Positions 36,599-48,239 of a DNA stretch of 64,000 nt are shown here, in pieces (the stretch's first letter is position 1; each line of letters begins with the position of its first letter). Made by a program: the position numbers and the translations under genes. The stretch comes from Scyliorhinus canicula (lineage: Eukaryota), in assembly GCF_902713615.1 (NCBI RefSeq), contig NW_024055492.1, positions 124,001-188,000 on the forward strand, written 5' to 3'. The notes under the pieces are model-generated. The model was not told where the DNA came from. It searched no databases and saw only the letters and a program-made list of their open reading frames with translations.

Positions 36599-36990
36599 TC
36601 ATTGACATGAATTAACGGTGTCCATCAGAGCGAGGGAAATGTTCACAAAACTGGGTTTACCGCTGGATTTATCAACCGTTCTGTTGATGATCTTCAAGGG
36701 GATGGCTTCATGTCCCACCACACAGGAGTAAGAAGCGCCGCTGGCCCACTCCTCCGCTGCAATGGATAACAGGCTGTACATGAAGAAGGAGCTATTGCCG
36801 TTCTCCGCCATCACCTCGGTGTTCTTGTAGTTCCCGGGATTCACCGGCTTGTCATTGACGGTCCACTTGACGAAGATCTCTCGGGGGGAGAAACCTCTCA
36901 CTAAGCAGCTGAGGGAGACGAATCTCTGAGCGGAGACATCTTCAGCCGAGGGCAGGAGGACAGAGACGGACGGTTCCCGCGGGTTGGGAT
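36599..36990 (-). CDS. IGHM: Cmu4 exon plus secretory tailpiece ([20 protein letters not shown])
   Basis: ttttctgcag acceptor. Internal donor G|GTAAA at 36661/36660 serves the membrane form. Tailpiece has an N-I-S glycosylation site and the penultimate Cys. Confidence 0.98.
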
Positions 36991-37269
36991 CTGCAGAAAA
37001 TGTACAATAAATGTCAATAAAATGGGGAATTCCGGAGACAATGGAACCGCGGGTTAGATGTGAGAGAAATGTGTTTTGTGTTGGATTTTAAAGGTTTCCA
37101 TTTTCCACTTTGGGGTATGTCCGGGTTCCCAGCTCGGAGCAGAGGTGGACACAATCCTTTTCCCTGAGAATTTACGGATATTGGATTCGAAAGTTTCAGA
37201 AAGTGTACAGCAGGGAAACAGGCCATTCGGTCCGCCTGTTCTGTGTTGGTGTATAAACTCCACACGAGG

Positions 37270-38290
37270 CTCCTCCCACCTTACCCCAAGAAGATTGGAC
37301 AACTGCCAAAGTAACACCCTTATTCAAAAGGGGAGGGAGTCAAACACAGGTAACTATAGGCCAGGGACCTTAACATCTGTCAGTGAAAAACGGTTCGAGT
37401 CCATTATAACAGATCCAATAGCTGAGCATTTCGAAATACTCAATATAATCAAACAGAGTCAGCACGGCTTCGGGAAGGGTAAATCATGCCTGACAAATTT
37501 AGTGCCCTTATTTGAGGTGATGACGAGAAGGCGAGAGAGGGAGGGGGAGGGGGTGGGGCAATAGATGTAATATACATGAATTTCAAAACGGTGATTGATA
37601 AATGAATGTACTATTCCCATGTTTGCAGATGGCAAAAAATAGGTAAAAAGGCAAGTGGTGAGGATTACAGGAAATCCACAGAGGGACAGAGAATGTGAGG
37701 TTCGACACTTTGGTAGGAGGAAGAACATAAATAATTATTATTTATATAGAGAAAGACTGAAGAAAGCTGAAGTAACGGGGGAATTGGGGGCCCTCGTGCA
37801 GAAACCACAAAAAGCAAGTTCTGCAGGTAATATGGAGGCAAATTGAATGCTGATCTTTATTTTAAAGGGAGTAGAATATAACAATGGGGAAGCCTAGCTA
37901 AAACTGGGGAATTAGTTAGACAACACCTGATATACTTTGAATAGTTTTGGTGCCCGTATCTAAGGAAGACAGATTGGTTTTGAAGGCAGTCCAGAGAACG
38001 ATCACGAGGTTGATCCCGAGTATGGAGGGATTTTCTTACGGGGAGAGGTTAAGTCGGCTGGGCTGTACTGATTGGAGTTTAGAAGAATGAAGACGACCTC
38101 AGATTCTGGGTCGGTCAGTACGTTCAAGGTTGAGGGACACATATTTTAAATCAGTAAAAGCATCAAGAGATATGGTGATAAGGCGGGAAAGAGGAGTTGA
38201 AGATTATCACATCAGATCTTACTGAAGGCTGGACCGGTGTTGATGGGCCCAATGGCCTACATCTGCTCATAAGTCTTGTGGTCTATGGTC
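37270..38290 (+). mobile_element. Degenerate CR1 LINE RT fragments in the Cmu3-Cmu4 intron
   Basis: NYRPGTLTSV..., SQHGFGKGKSCLTNL motifs and a CR1-like 3' tail near 38240-38290. Confidence 0.8.
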
Positions 38291-38505
38291 TCGCTTCATC
38301 TAAACCCAATATCACTGGGTTTAATTCATTGTTCATTCATCTGCATATCAATTTCCCCCTTAAACTCTAAATGCCCAGAGTATTCAGTTAGTGGAATTGC
38401 CAATCAGAATGGACCATAAATACACTGAATGCTAAATACTGACCGCTGCACTGACACTAGAAATAGACACAATGACTCACTTATTGCTTCAGTCTCACCG
38501 CTCAC

Positions 38506-38814
38506 CTATTTTTTTGTGAGTTGAAATTCTTAAAGGAGTTGGCAGGTCCTGATGGCTCGCCACACAGTCAAACACAGCCCCACTCAGCCAGGCTTGTGTG
38601 GAGATGTTTAATTTGCTGACCACGCTCTCAGTATCTGCCCCAGGCTGGTCGGCAATCTCTGATTTCAGCGGCTTCTTCGCTTCACTCCAGGACACGTTGA
38701 CTCCATAAGGAGCATTCGAAATGACGCAGGTTAAGGTTACAGTCGCCTCCAGTAAGACCTGTTCTATTGGTGGTGGCAGTATTGTTACTGAGGCATCAGT
38801 GCAAACGGAAGGAT
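38506..38814 (-). CDS. IGHM: Cmu3 exon (D)[42 protein letters not shown]...[22 protein letters not shown]
   Basis: ttcacag acceptor, GTGAGC donor, 309 nt, open frame. Confidence 0.96.
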
Positions 38815-39434
38815 CTGTGAATGAAAAAAGTGGAAATCAACCCAAGTTTCATCTTCAGAATCAGGACAGCAGGATTCAGCGTTCACTCACTCAATGGGAA
38901 TAAATCAACTTCGAAATAACAACCTCTAATGATCGCCTTTAAATCTTCTATACACAATGGATAACCAGTTTGGTTTGTGAAAACTATTCTCATTGTGAAA
39001 TACAGTCAGCCTCGAAACCATTCTAATGAATCAGTATTACAGCATTCCCAATACAAATATTCCAGTCCTGATCTCAGAATCCTAATATGGAAGGCTGCTT
39101 GATAAATATCTTGAATGAATTTTTCAAAATCTTCGCCCCGAGCTGGTTTCAGTAAAGGGTTCCAGACAGCCATTGCCTCTGCAATTTAATCAGCTGTCTC
39201 GGGATAAAGCTGATATCAAATCCACCTCACTCCCTAAATTACTTCAGGTGAGAGGGAAACATTTATTTCTATACTGATCAAATCCTGAATGGTGATCAAT
39301 CCAAATGCATCTCTTACATCAGAATGAAACACAAACTACATGGCAGTAAATTCGAAGTTATTCTGTGCTTTGCACTAACTTCAGTAAATTACTGTGCAGG
39401 ATGATTTATTGTTTCCTCTGTTTGGGCCTCTTAC

Positions 39435-39746
39435 CAGACGCGGTGATGTTGTGACTTTGGGTGACCCCTTGATGAATGACCTGGCAGGTATAGACCGCTT
39501 TGCTGAACCATTCCCCAGCAGAGACTGTCAGTCGACTGCTCGCCGAGAAGTTCCCGTTCACTTCACAGGCGGGAGAGGTGACAATTCCTGAACCCATGGC
39601 TTGTCCATTCTTCAGCCACTTCACCGTCATTGACTTTGGACTGAAATCGTTGATTGAACAGACCATGGTTGCAAATTTCTGTCTTGTGATTTCTTCATTG
39701 GAACTCACGGTGAGGAGAACATTTGGATGGATGTCAGGTAGAGGAC
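39435..39746 (-). CDS. IGHM: Cmu2 exon (C)[47 protein letters not shown]...[19 protein letters not shown]
   Basis: tttcttgaag acceptor, GTAAGA donor, 312 nt, open frame. Confidence 0.96.
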
Positions 39747-39943
39747 CTTCAAGAAACAGAAATTAGACATTTCTTGAAGAAGATGTTGTAAGGAATAAAA
39801 TGACTAATTATATTTTCAGTTTCTCGGTGGTCACTATTTCTCTCAGGAATCAGAACTGTGCAGAGAACCATCAATGTGTTATGACCAAAGATTTAAATAA
39901 AGTAATCAAAGCGTCTGTTTCTCACAGTTTTCACAACACTTAC

Positions 39944-40243
39944 ATGTCATTCCAATGCTCTTGTCTGAGCCGCTGTGTCGAACCTCACAGCTGATTTTGC
40001 TGCATGCCCCCTCTGACTCGGTGATGATTAACTGGCTGCTCAGAGTGTAGGTTCCCTTCTTGTTTCTCACTGACGGGTATTTCTTAACTCCAGTGGTGAT
40101 CTGCTGCCCATCTTTCTTCCAGGTAAGACTGGTGATTTCTGGGGAGTAGTCCATCGCCAAACAGCCGAAGGTCACAGAGCCGTCAGTGTTGTGTTGCTGA
40201 CAGGAGGAGACCAGACTGTAGAGAGTGGGCGGAGACAGTGTCG
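39944..40243 (-). CDS. IGHM: Cmu1 exon (A)[45 protein letters not shown]...[16 protein letters not shown]
   Basis: ctcccag acceptor, GTAAGT donor, 300 nt, C1-set Cys/Trp/Cys. Confidence 0.97.
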
Positions 40244-40349
40244 CTGGGAGAGAATGGCCAATTGAACAAGTTAAACTCTGGGACTTGTCATTAAGATATC
40301 ATACAACTTAGAATTTGGATACAGTTACAAATTTATCCTCACATGTTCG

Positions 40350-40900
40350 CATTAAAACTGCATCAATACTTGAGCTTCTGTTACTTCTAACATTTGAGAA
40401 TCACCATTTGTTTATTCCTTCTGTAGAAACTCACATCTCTTTCTCCATTTCTAACACCTCGCAGAAATGTAGCATTTTGATGTCATCTGAAAACGTACCA
40501 TTCATTACTTTCAATGAGCAGAGCGGAGGGTTTTCCCAATTATTTATGCCACCAATGTTTTTTTCCATCAACTGCACTTTGTGATAAAGAAGTTGTCTCT
40601 CCATTTCTGTCATTGCTATTTTGGAAATTGCCTGTGTTCAAACTGACTGATGTCCCCCCTCTCTCCACCTCACTACCCCCACTCCCCAAAACAAGGAGTC
40701 GTGACTTTGCTTCAGAAAAATCTTCCAGGTACTTACATAATGACGATAACATTCTACATTTGAGCACATGTGCAAGTAACTCCAAAATTCTCCAATTACA
40801 GGACCCTGGACATTAAAAGCGGGATGCGGCCATTCGGTCCCTCAGGTCTCCTGCACCATTCAATATGATTATGGCGGAGCAGATTGTGGGATGAACTCCG
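40350..40900 (-). mobile_element. CR1-type LINE RT/3' fragments just upstream of Cmu1
   Basis: Minus-strand sequence resembling the ISKFADDTK region and the 3' tail gggccgaatggcc. Confidence 0.55.
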
Positions 40901-40919
40901 CATTCCATGTATCCGCGAT

Positions 40920-43900
40920 AATCAGCTTCCTGTCCTTTTCCCAGCTCTCTGATCTTTCCTCCACTTCTATAATTTGCCCAGCTGCACCTTTCCAGGTTGT
41001 TTGCTCTTTGCCTCAGCTTCTGGAACTTTCCACTTGCTCTTTGTGCTTTTCCCCAGAACATGGCACTTTGCCCCCTGATTATTGGCTTTTGCCCCAGCAA
41101 TGATCATTTTTCCCCTTGTTCCTGCAGCTTCTCTCCCCGGTCTGCGCTCAGCTCTCTGGTCATCTCACCTGCTCACTACTCAGCTCTCGTCTTTCCCAGG
41201 CTCCCTATACTTTAACCCAGTTTTATACCATTTCCCAGGCTCCATGTGTTCCCGACCACCCCCCCCCCCCCGACCCCCACCTCCCCTACCCAGCTCGCTG
41301 CCGTTTCCGAGGCTCCCTGTGATTTCCCCAGCTCTCTACCTTTTCCCAGGCTCCTTGTACTTCCCCCCCCCCCCCAGCTCTCTGCCTTTTCCCAGGCTCC
41401 CCACACTTTTCCCCAGCTCTCTACCTATTCCCAGGCTCCCTGTGCTTTCCCCAACTCTCTACCTTTTCCAAGGCTCCCTGTACTTCCCCTCAGCTCTCTG
41501 CCTTTTCCCAGGCTCCCCACACTTTTCCCCAGCTCTCTACCTTTTCCCAGGCTCCCTGTGCTTTCCCCAACTCTCTACCTTTTCCCAGGCTCCCTGCGCT
41601 TTCCCCAGCTCTCTACCTTTTCCCAGGCTTCCTGTGCTTTCCCCAACTCTCTGCCTTTTCCCAGGCTCCCTGCGCTATCCCCAGCTCTCTACCTTTTCCC
41701 AGGCTCCCTGTGCTTTTCCCCAGCTCTCTGCCTTTTCCCAGGTTCGCTGTGCGTCCCCCAGATCTCTACCGTTTCTAATACTCCCCGCAATTTCCCCCAG
41801 CTTTCTGCCTTTTCCCAGGTACGCTGAGCTATTCCCCAGTTCTCTACCTTTTCCCAGTCTCCCTGTGCTTCCCCCCAACTCTCTACATTTTCCCAGACTC
41901 CCGGCACTTCTCTTCAGGTCTGAGCTTTCGCCCCGCTTCCTGCCTTTTCCGGACTCCTTTTGCTTTCCTCCAGCTCTCAAACTTTTCCCAGTCTCCCTGT
42001 GATTTGCCCCAGCTCTCTCCCTTGTCCCAGGCTCCCTGCACTTTCTCCTAGCTCTCTAACGTTCCAAGGCTCCCTGTGCTTTCCCCCAGCTCTCCACCTT
42101 TTCCCAGGCTCCCTGTGCTTTCCCCCAGCTCTCCACCTTTTCCCAGTCCCCCTGTGCTTTCCCCCAGCTCTCCACCTTTTCCCAGTCTCCCTGTGCTTTC
42201 CCCCAGCTCTCCACCTTTCCCCAGTCTCCCTGTGATTTCCCCCAGCTCACTACCGTTTCCCAGGCTCCCTGTGATTTCCCCCAGCTCACTACCTTTTCCC
42301 AGGCTCCCTGTGCTTTTCCCCAGCTCTCTATTCTTTCCCAGGCTCCCTGCGCTCCCCCCCCCCCCCCCCCGGTCTCTACCTTTTCCCAGGCTTCCTGCAC
42401 TTTTCACCACTTCTCTACCTTTTCCCAGTCTCCCTGCACTTTTCCCCAACTCTCTGCCTTTTCCCAGTCTCTCTATGCTTTCCCCCGGCTCTCTGCCTTT
42501 TCCCAGTCTCCCTGCGCTTTTCCCCAACTCTCTACCTTTTCCCAGGCTCCCTGTGCTTTCCCCCAGCTCTCTACCTTTTCCCAGTCTCCCTGTGATTTCC
42601 CCCAGCTCACTATCTTTTCCCAGGATCCATGTGCTTTCCCCCAGCTCTCTACCTTTTCCCAAGCTTCCTGTGCTTTCCCCCATCTCTCTATTCTTTCCCA
42701 GGCTCCCTGCGCTCCCCCCCCCTCTACCTTTTCCCAGGCTCCCTGTGCTGCCGCCCCGCTTCCTGCCTTTTCCGGACATCTTTTGCATTCTTCCAGCTCT
42801 CAAACTTTTCCCAGTCTCCCTGTGATTTCCCTCAGCTCTCCACCTTTTCCCAGTCTCCCTGTGATTTCCCCCAGCTCACTACCTTTTCCCAGGCTCCCTG
42901 TGCTTTTCCCCAGCTCTCTATTCTTTCCCAGGCTCCCTGCGCTTCCCCCCCCCCCCCGTCTCTACCCTTTCCCAGGCTTCCTGCACTTTTCACCACTTCT
43001 CAATCTTTTCCCAGTCTCCCTACGCTTTTCCCCAACTCTCTGCCTTTTCCCAGTCTCCCTATGCTTTCCCCCGGCTCTCTGCCTTTTCCCAGTCTCCCTG
43101 CGCTTTTCCCCAACTCTCTACCTTTTCCCAGGCTCCCTGTGCTTTTCCCCAGCTCTCTACCTTTTCCCAGTCTCCCTGTGATTTCCCCCAGCTCACTACC
43201 TTTTCCCAGGCTCCCTGTGCTTTTCCCCAGCTCTCTATTCTTTCCCAGGCTCCCTGCGCGTCCCCGTCCCCCCCCGTCTCTACCTTTTCCCAGGCTTCCT
43301 GCACTTTTCCCCAACTCTCTACCCTTTCCCAGTCTCCCTATGCTTTCCCCCGGCTCCCTGCCTTTTCCCAGTCTCCCTGCGCTTTTCCCCAACTCTCTAC
43401 CTTTTCCCAGGCTCCGTGTGCTTTCCCCCAGCTCTCTACCTTTTCCCAGTCTCCCTGTGCTTTCCCCCAGCTCTCTACCTTTTCCCAAGCGTCCTGTGCT
43501 TTCCCCCATCTCTCTATACTTTCCCAGGCTCCCTGCGCTCCCCTCCCCCCCTCTTCCTTTTCCCAGGCTCCCTGTGCTGCCGCCCCGCTTCCTGCCTTTT
43601 CCGGACATCTTTTGCTTTCTTCCAGCTCTCAAACTTTTCCCAGGCTCCCTGTCCTATTCCCCAGCTCTCGAACTTTTCCCAGGCTCTCTGTCCTATTCCA
43701 CAGCTCTCTACCTTTTCCCAGGCTCCCGGTGATTTCCCCCAGCTCTCTACCTTTTCCCAGGCTCCCGGTGCTTCCACCCAGCTCTCTACATTTTCCCAAG
43801 CTTCCTGTGCTTTCCCCCATCTCTCTATTCTTTCCCAGGCTCCCTGCGCTTCCCCCCCCCCCCCCCCCCACACCGTCTCTACCTTTTCCCAGGCTCCCTG

Positions 43901-46900
43901 CACTTTTCCCCAGCTCTCGGCCTTTGCCCAGGCTCCCTGTGCTTTTCCCCACTTCTCTACCTTTTCCCTGTCTCCCTATGCTTTCCCCCGGCTCTCTGCC
44001 TTTTCCCAGTCTCCCTGTGCTTTCCCCCGGCTCTCTGCCTTTTCCCAGGCTCCCTGTGCTTTCCCCCAACTCTCTTCCTTTTCCCAGGATCCTTGTGCAT
44101 TTCCCCAGCTCCCTACCTTTTCCAAAGCTTCCTGTGCTTTCCCCCAGCTCTCTATTCTTTCCCAGGCTCCCTGCGCATTCCCCTCCCGCCCCCCACCCCC
44201 TTTCCCGTCTCTACCTTTTCCCAGGCTTCCTGCACTTTTCACCACTTCTCTACCTTTTCCCAGTCTCCCTACGCTTTTCCCCAACTCTCTGCCTTTTCCC
44301 AGTCTCCCTATGCTTTCCCCCGGCTCTCTGCCTTTTCCCAGTCTCCCTGCGCTTTTCCCTAACTCTCTAACTTTTCCCAGGCTCCCTGTGCTTTTCCCCA
44401 GCTCTCTACCTTTTCCCAGTCTCCCTGTGATTTCCCCCAGCTCACTACCTTTTCCCAGGATCCATGTGCTTTTCCCCAGCTCTCTACCTTTTCCCAGGCT
44501 CCCCGCACTTTTCCCCAGCCCTCTACCTTTTCCCAAGCTTCCTGTGCTTTCCCCCATCTCTCTACTCTTTCCCAGGCTCCCTGCGCTCCCCCCCCCCCCC
44601 CCTCTACCTTTTCCCAGGCTCCCTGTGCTGCCGCCCCGCTTCCTGCCTTTTCCGGACATCTTTTGCTTTCTTCCAACTCTCAAACTTTTCCCAGGCTCCC
44701 TGTCCTATTCCCCAGCTCTCGAACTTTTCCCAGGCTCACTGTCCTATTCCCCAGCTCTCTACCTTTTCCCAGGCTCTCGGTGATTTCCCCCAGCTCTCTA
44801 CCCTTTCCCAGGCTCCCGGTGCTTCCACCCAGCTCTCTACAATTTCCCAAGCTTCCTGTGTTTTCCCCCAACTCTCTATTCTTTCCCAGGCTCCCTGCAC
44901 TCCCCCCCCCCCCCCCCACCGTCTCTACCTTTTCCCAGGCTCCCTGCACTTTTCCCCAGCTCTCGGCCTTTGCCCAGGCTCCCTGTGCTTTTCCCCACTT
45001 CTCTACCGATTTGGGGCAGCAGGGTAGCATGGTGGTTAGCATAAATGCTTCACAGCTCCAGGGTCCCAGGTTCGATTCCCGGCTGGGTCACTGTCTGTGT
45101 GGAGTCTGCACGTCCTCCCCCTGTGTGCGTGGGTTTCCTCCGGGTGCTCCGGTTTCCTCCCACAGTCCAAAGATGTGTGGGTTAGGTGGATTGGCCATGC
45201 TAAATTGCCCGTAGTGTCCTAATAAAAGTAAGGTTAAGGGGGGGCTTGTTTGGGTATAGGGTGGATATGTGGGTTTGAGTGGGGTGATCATGGCTCGGCA
45301 CAACATTGAGGGCCGAAGGGCCTGTTCTGTGCTGTACTGTTCTATGTTCTATGTTCTACCTTTTCCCAGTCTCCCTATGCTTTCCCCCGGCTCTCTGCCT
45401 TTTCCCAGTCTCCCTGTGCTTTTCCCCGGCTCTCTGCCTTTTCCCAGGCTCCATGTGCTTTCCCCCAACTCTCTTCCTTTTCCCAGGATCCTTGTGCCTT
45501 TCCCCAGCTCTCTACCTTTTCCCAAGCTTCCTGTGCTTTCCCCCAATTCTCTATTCTTTCCCAGGCTCCCTGCGCTTCCCCCTCCCGCCCCCACCCCCTT
45601 CCCCGTCTCTACCGTTTCCCAGGCTCCCTGCACTTTTCCCCACTTCTCTACCTTTCCCAGGCTCCCTGCGCTTTTCCCCAAGCTCGCTACCTTTTCCCAG
45701 GCGCCCTGCACTTTTCCCCACTTCTCTACCTTTTCCCAGTCTCCCTGTGCTTTCCCCCGGCTCTCTGCCTTTTCCCAGGATCCTTGTGCCTTTCCCCAGC
45801 TCTCTACCCTTTCCCACGCTTCCTGTGCTTTACCCCAATTTTCTACCTTTTCCCAGGCTCCCTGTGCTTTCCCCCAACTCTCTGCCTTTTCCCAGGATCC
45901 TTGTGCCTTTCCCCAGCTCTCTACCTTTTCCCACGCTTCCCGTGCTTTTCCCCAATTTTCTACCTTTTCTCAGGCTCCCTGTACTTTCCCCAAGCTGTCT
46001 ACCTTTTCCCAGGCTCCCTGCACTTTTCCCAAGTTCACTACCTTTTCCCAGGCTCCCAGCGCTTTTCCCCAAGCTCACTACCTTTTCCCAGGCGCTCTGT
46101 ACTTTCGCCCCGCTTCCTGCCTTTTCCGGAATTCTTTTGCTTTCATCCAGCTCTCAAACTTTTCCCAGGCTCTCTGTCCTATTCCCCAGCTCTCTGCCAT
46201 TTCCCAGGCTCCTGGTGTTTCCCCCCCGGCTCTCTGCCTTTTCCCAGCCTACCTATGCTTTCCCCCCGGCTTCCTGCCTTTTCCCAGCCTCCCTGTGCTT
46301 TCCCCCGGCTCTCTGCCTTTTCCCAGTCTCCACGTGCTTTTCCCCAGCTCTCTACCTTTTCCTAGGCCCCCTGCACTTTCCTCGGCTCTCTGCCTTTTCC
46401 CAGTCTCCCTGTGCTTTTCCCCAGCTCTCTGCCCTTTCCCAGGCTCCCTGTGCTTTCCCCCAGCTCTCTACCTTTACCCTGGCTTCCCGCAGTTTTCCCC
46501 AGCTCTCTACCTTTTCCCAGACACTGTGCTTTCCCCCAGCTCTCTAACGTTTCCCAGGATCCCTGTGCTTTCCCCCAACTCTCTGCCCTTTCCCAGTCTT
46601 CCTGTGCTTTTCCCCAGCTCTCTACCTTTTCCCAGACACTGTGCTTTCCCCCACCTCTCTAACGTTTCCCAGGATCCCTGTAATTTCCCACCCCCGCTTC
46701 CTGCCTTTTCCAGACTCCTTTTGCTTTCCTTCAGTTCTCAAACTTTTCCCAGGCTCCCTGTGCTTTTCCCCAACTCTCAACCTTTTCCCAGTCTCCCTGT
46801 GCTTTTCCCCAACTCTCAACCTTTTCCCAGGCTCCCTGTGCTTTTCCCCAGCTCTCTAACGTTTCCCAGGCTCCCCGCACTTCCCCCCAGCTCTCTACCT

Positions 46901-47160
46901 TTCCCCAGGATCCCTGTGCTTTTCCCCAGCTCTCTGTCATTTCCCAGGCTTCCTGTGCTTTTCCCCAATTTTCTACCTTTTCCCAGGCTCCCTGTGCTTT
47001 TCCCCAGCTCTCTACCTTTTCCCAGTCTCCCTGTGCTTTCCCCCAGCTCTCTGCCCTTTCCCAGGCTCCCTGTGCTTTCCCCAGCTCCCTACCTTTACCC
47101 TGGCTCCCCGCAGTTTTCCCCAGCTCTCTGCTTTTTCCAGGGTTCTCTGTGCTATTCCAT
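40920..47160. repeat. Switch-region-like tandem array; 39-bp unit, minus strand GTAGAGAGCTGGGGGAAAGCACAGGGAGCCTGGGAAAAG (core ~41290-47150)
   Basis: 13-aa periodicity in the artefactual ORFs, unit read directly at 42067-42240, degenerate edges, one SINE insertion. Confidence 0.95.
45013..45358 (+). mobile_element. Young HE1-like V-SINE inserted in the switch-like array
   Basis: Full head, V domain, tail tgttctatgttctatgttcta. Confidence 0.93.
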
Positions 47161-47544
47161 GGCTCTTTGTCATTTTTCCTCTCCCTCTATATTTTCCCAC
47201 GTCCTCTTTACCCACGTTCTCCCAGCCCCCTTGCCAGGCACCCACGTTTGGCCACCACTCGCTCTCGCTCCTCGCTCCAATTCTCTGTTCCTCTCTCGTT
47301 GCAGACTAACTCTCGCCCATTTAGTGAGCAAGGGGACAAGTGAATGAGGGTGAGCGAGCAGGGGTGTGATTTAGGGCTGGAGTGAGAAGAGGGTGGCTGG
47401 GTGTGTCAATGTGCGTGCATTAACAATGGTGGGCGCTTATGAGTGTGGAGCATGAGGATGGGTGTGTGATTAAAAATGAGTGAGGATGGATTGGTGAGTG
47501 AGGGAGGATGTATGGGCGACGGTGGTGCTTGAAAATAAATGAGC

Positions 47545-48140
47545 TCAGTGAGAAGTCTCACAACACCAGGTTAAAGTATAACAGGTTTGTTTCAAACACT
47601 AGCTTTCGGAGCACAGCTCCTTCCTCAGATGAATAGAACATAGAACAGTACAGCACAGAACAGGCCCTTCGGCCCTCGATGTTGTGCCGAGCAATGATCA
47701 CCCTACTCAAACCCACGTATCCACCCTATACCTGTAACCCAACAACTCCCCCCCTTAACATTACTTTTTAGGATACTACGGGCAATTTAGCATGGCCAAT
47801 CCACCTAACCCACACATCTTTGGACTGTGGGAGGAAACCGGAGAACCCAGAGGAAACCCACGCACACAGGGGGAGGACGTGCAGACTCCGCACAGACAGT
47901 GACCCAGCCGGGAATCGAACCTGGGACCCTGGAGCTGTGAAGCATTTATGCTAACCACCATGCTACCGTGCTGCCCGAATGAAGAGGTATGTTCCAGAAA
48001 CATGCATACAGATTTCTGTCTGTATATATTTCTGGAACCTACCTTTTCACTCACCTGAGGAAGGAACTGCGCTCTGAAAGCTCGTGTTTGAAACAAACCT
48101 GTTGGACTTTAATCTAGTGTTGTCAGACTTCTTACTGAGC
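47545..48140. mobile_element. Palindromic element with Penelope-like terminal sequence in both arms, split by a SINE at 47635-47976
   Basis: 47545-47630 is the reverse complement of ~48050-48140 (cctgaggaagga..gctc.gaaagct.gtgtttgaaacaaacctgtt..actttaa.ct.gtgttgt.agacttct.actgagc). Inner arms also pair. The Penelope assignment is from recall, not a search. Confidence 0.7.
47635..47976 (-). mobile_element. Young HE1-like V-SINE inserted in the palindromic element
   Basis: Full length; possible TSD gaat at 47631-47634 and 47977-47980. Confidence 0.93.
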
Positions 48141-48239
48141 TCACCCCAGTCCAACGCCGGCATCACCACATCATGTAAATACATGGGTGGGCGGTTTGGT
48201 GTTGAGTGAGAGTTTGGGTGAGCTGAGCTTCATGAATGT

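Noticed and set aside
38475-38505. Second GTGAGT donor 25 nt past the Cmu3 donor
   Set aside because: Using it would include an in-frame TGA (KKIGER*); no evidence for a functional isoform.
41082-47347. Very long Pro/Ser/Phe/Leu-rich ORFs (up to 692 aa) and Gly/Lys/Glu-rich antisense ORFs
   Set aside because: Artefacts of a 39-bp (multiple of 3), stop-poor tandem repeat inside the IgM intron; the longest starts within a SINE.
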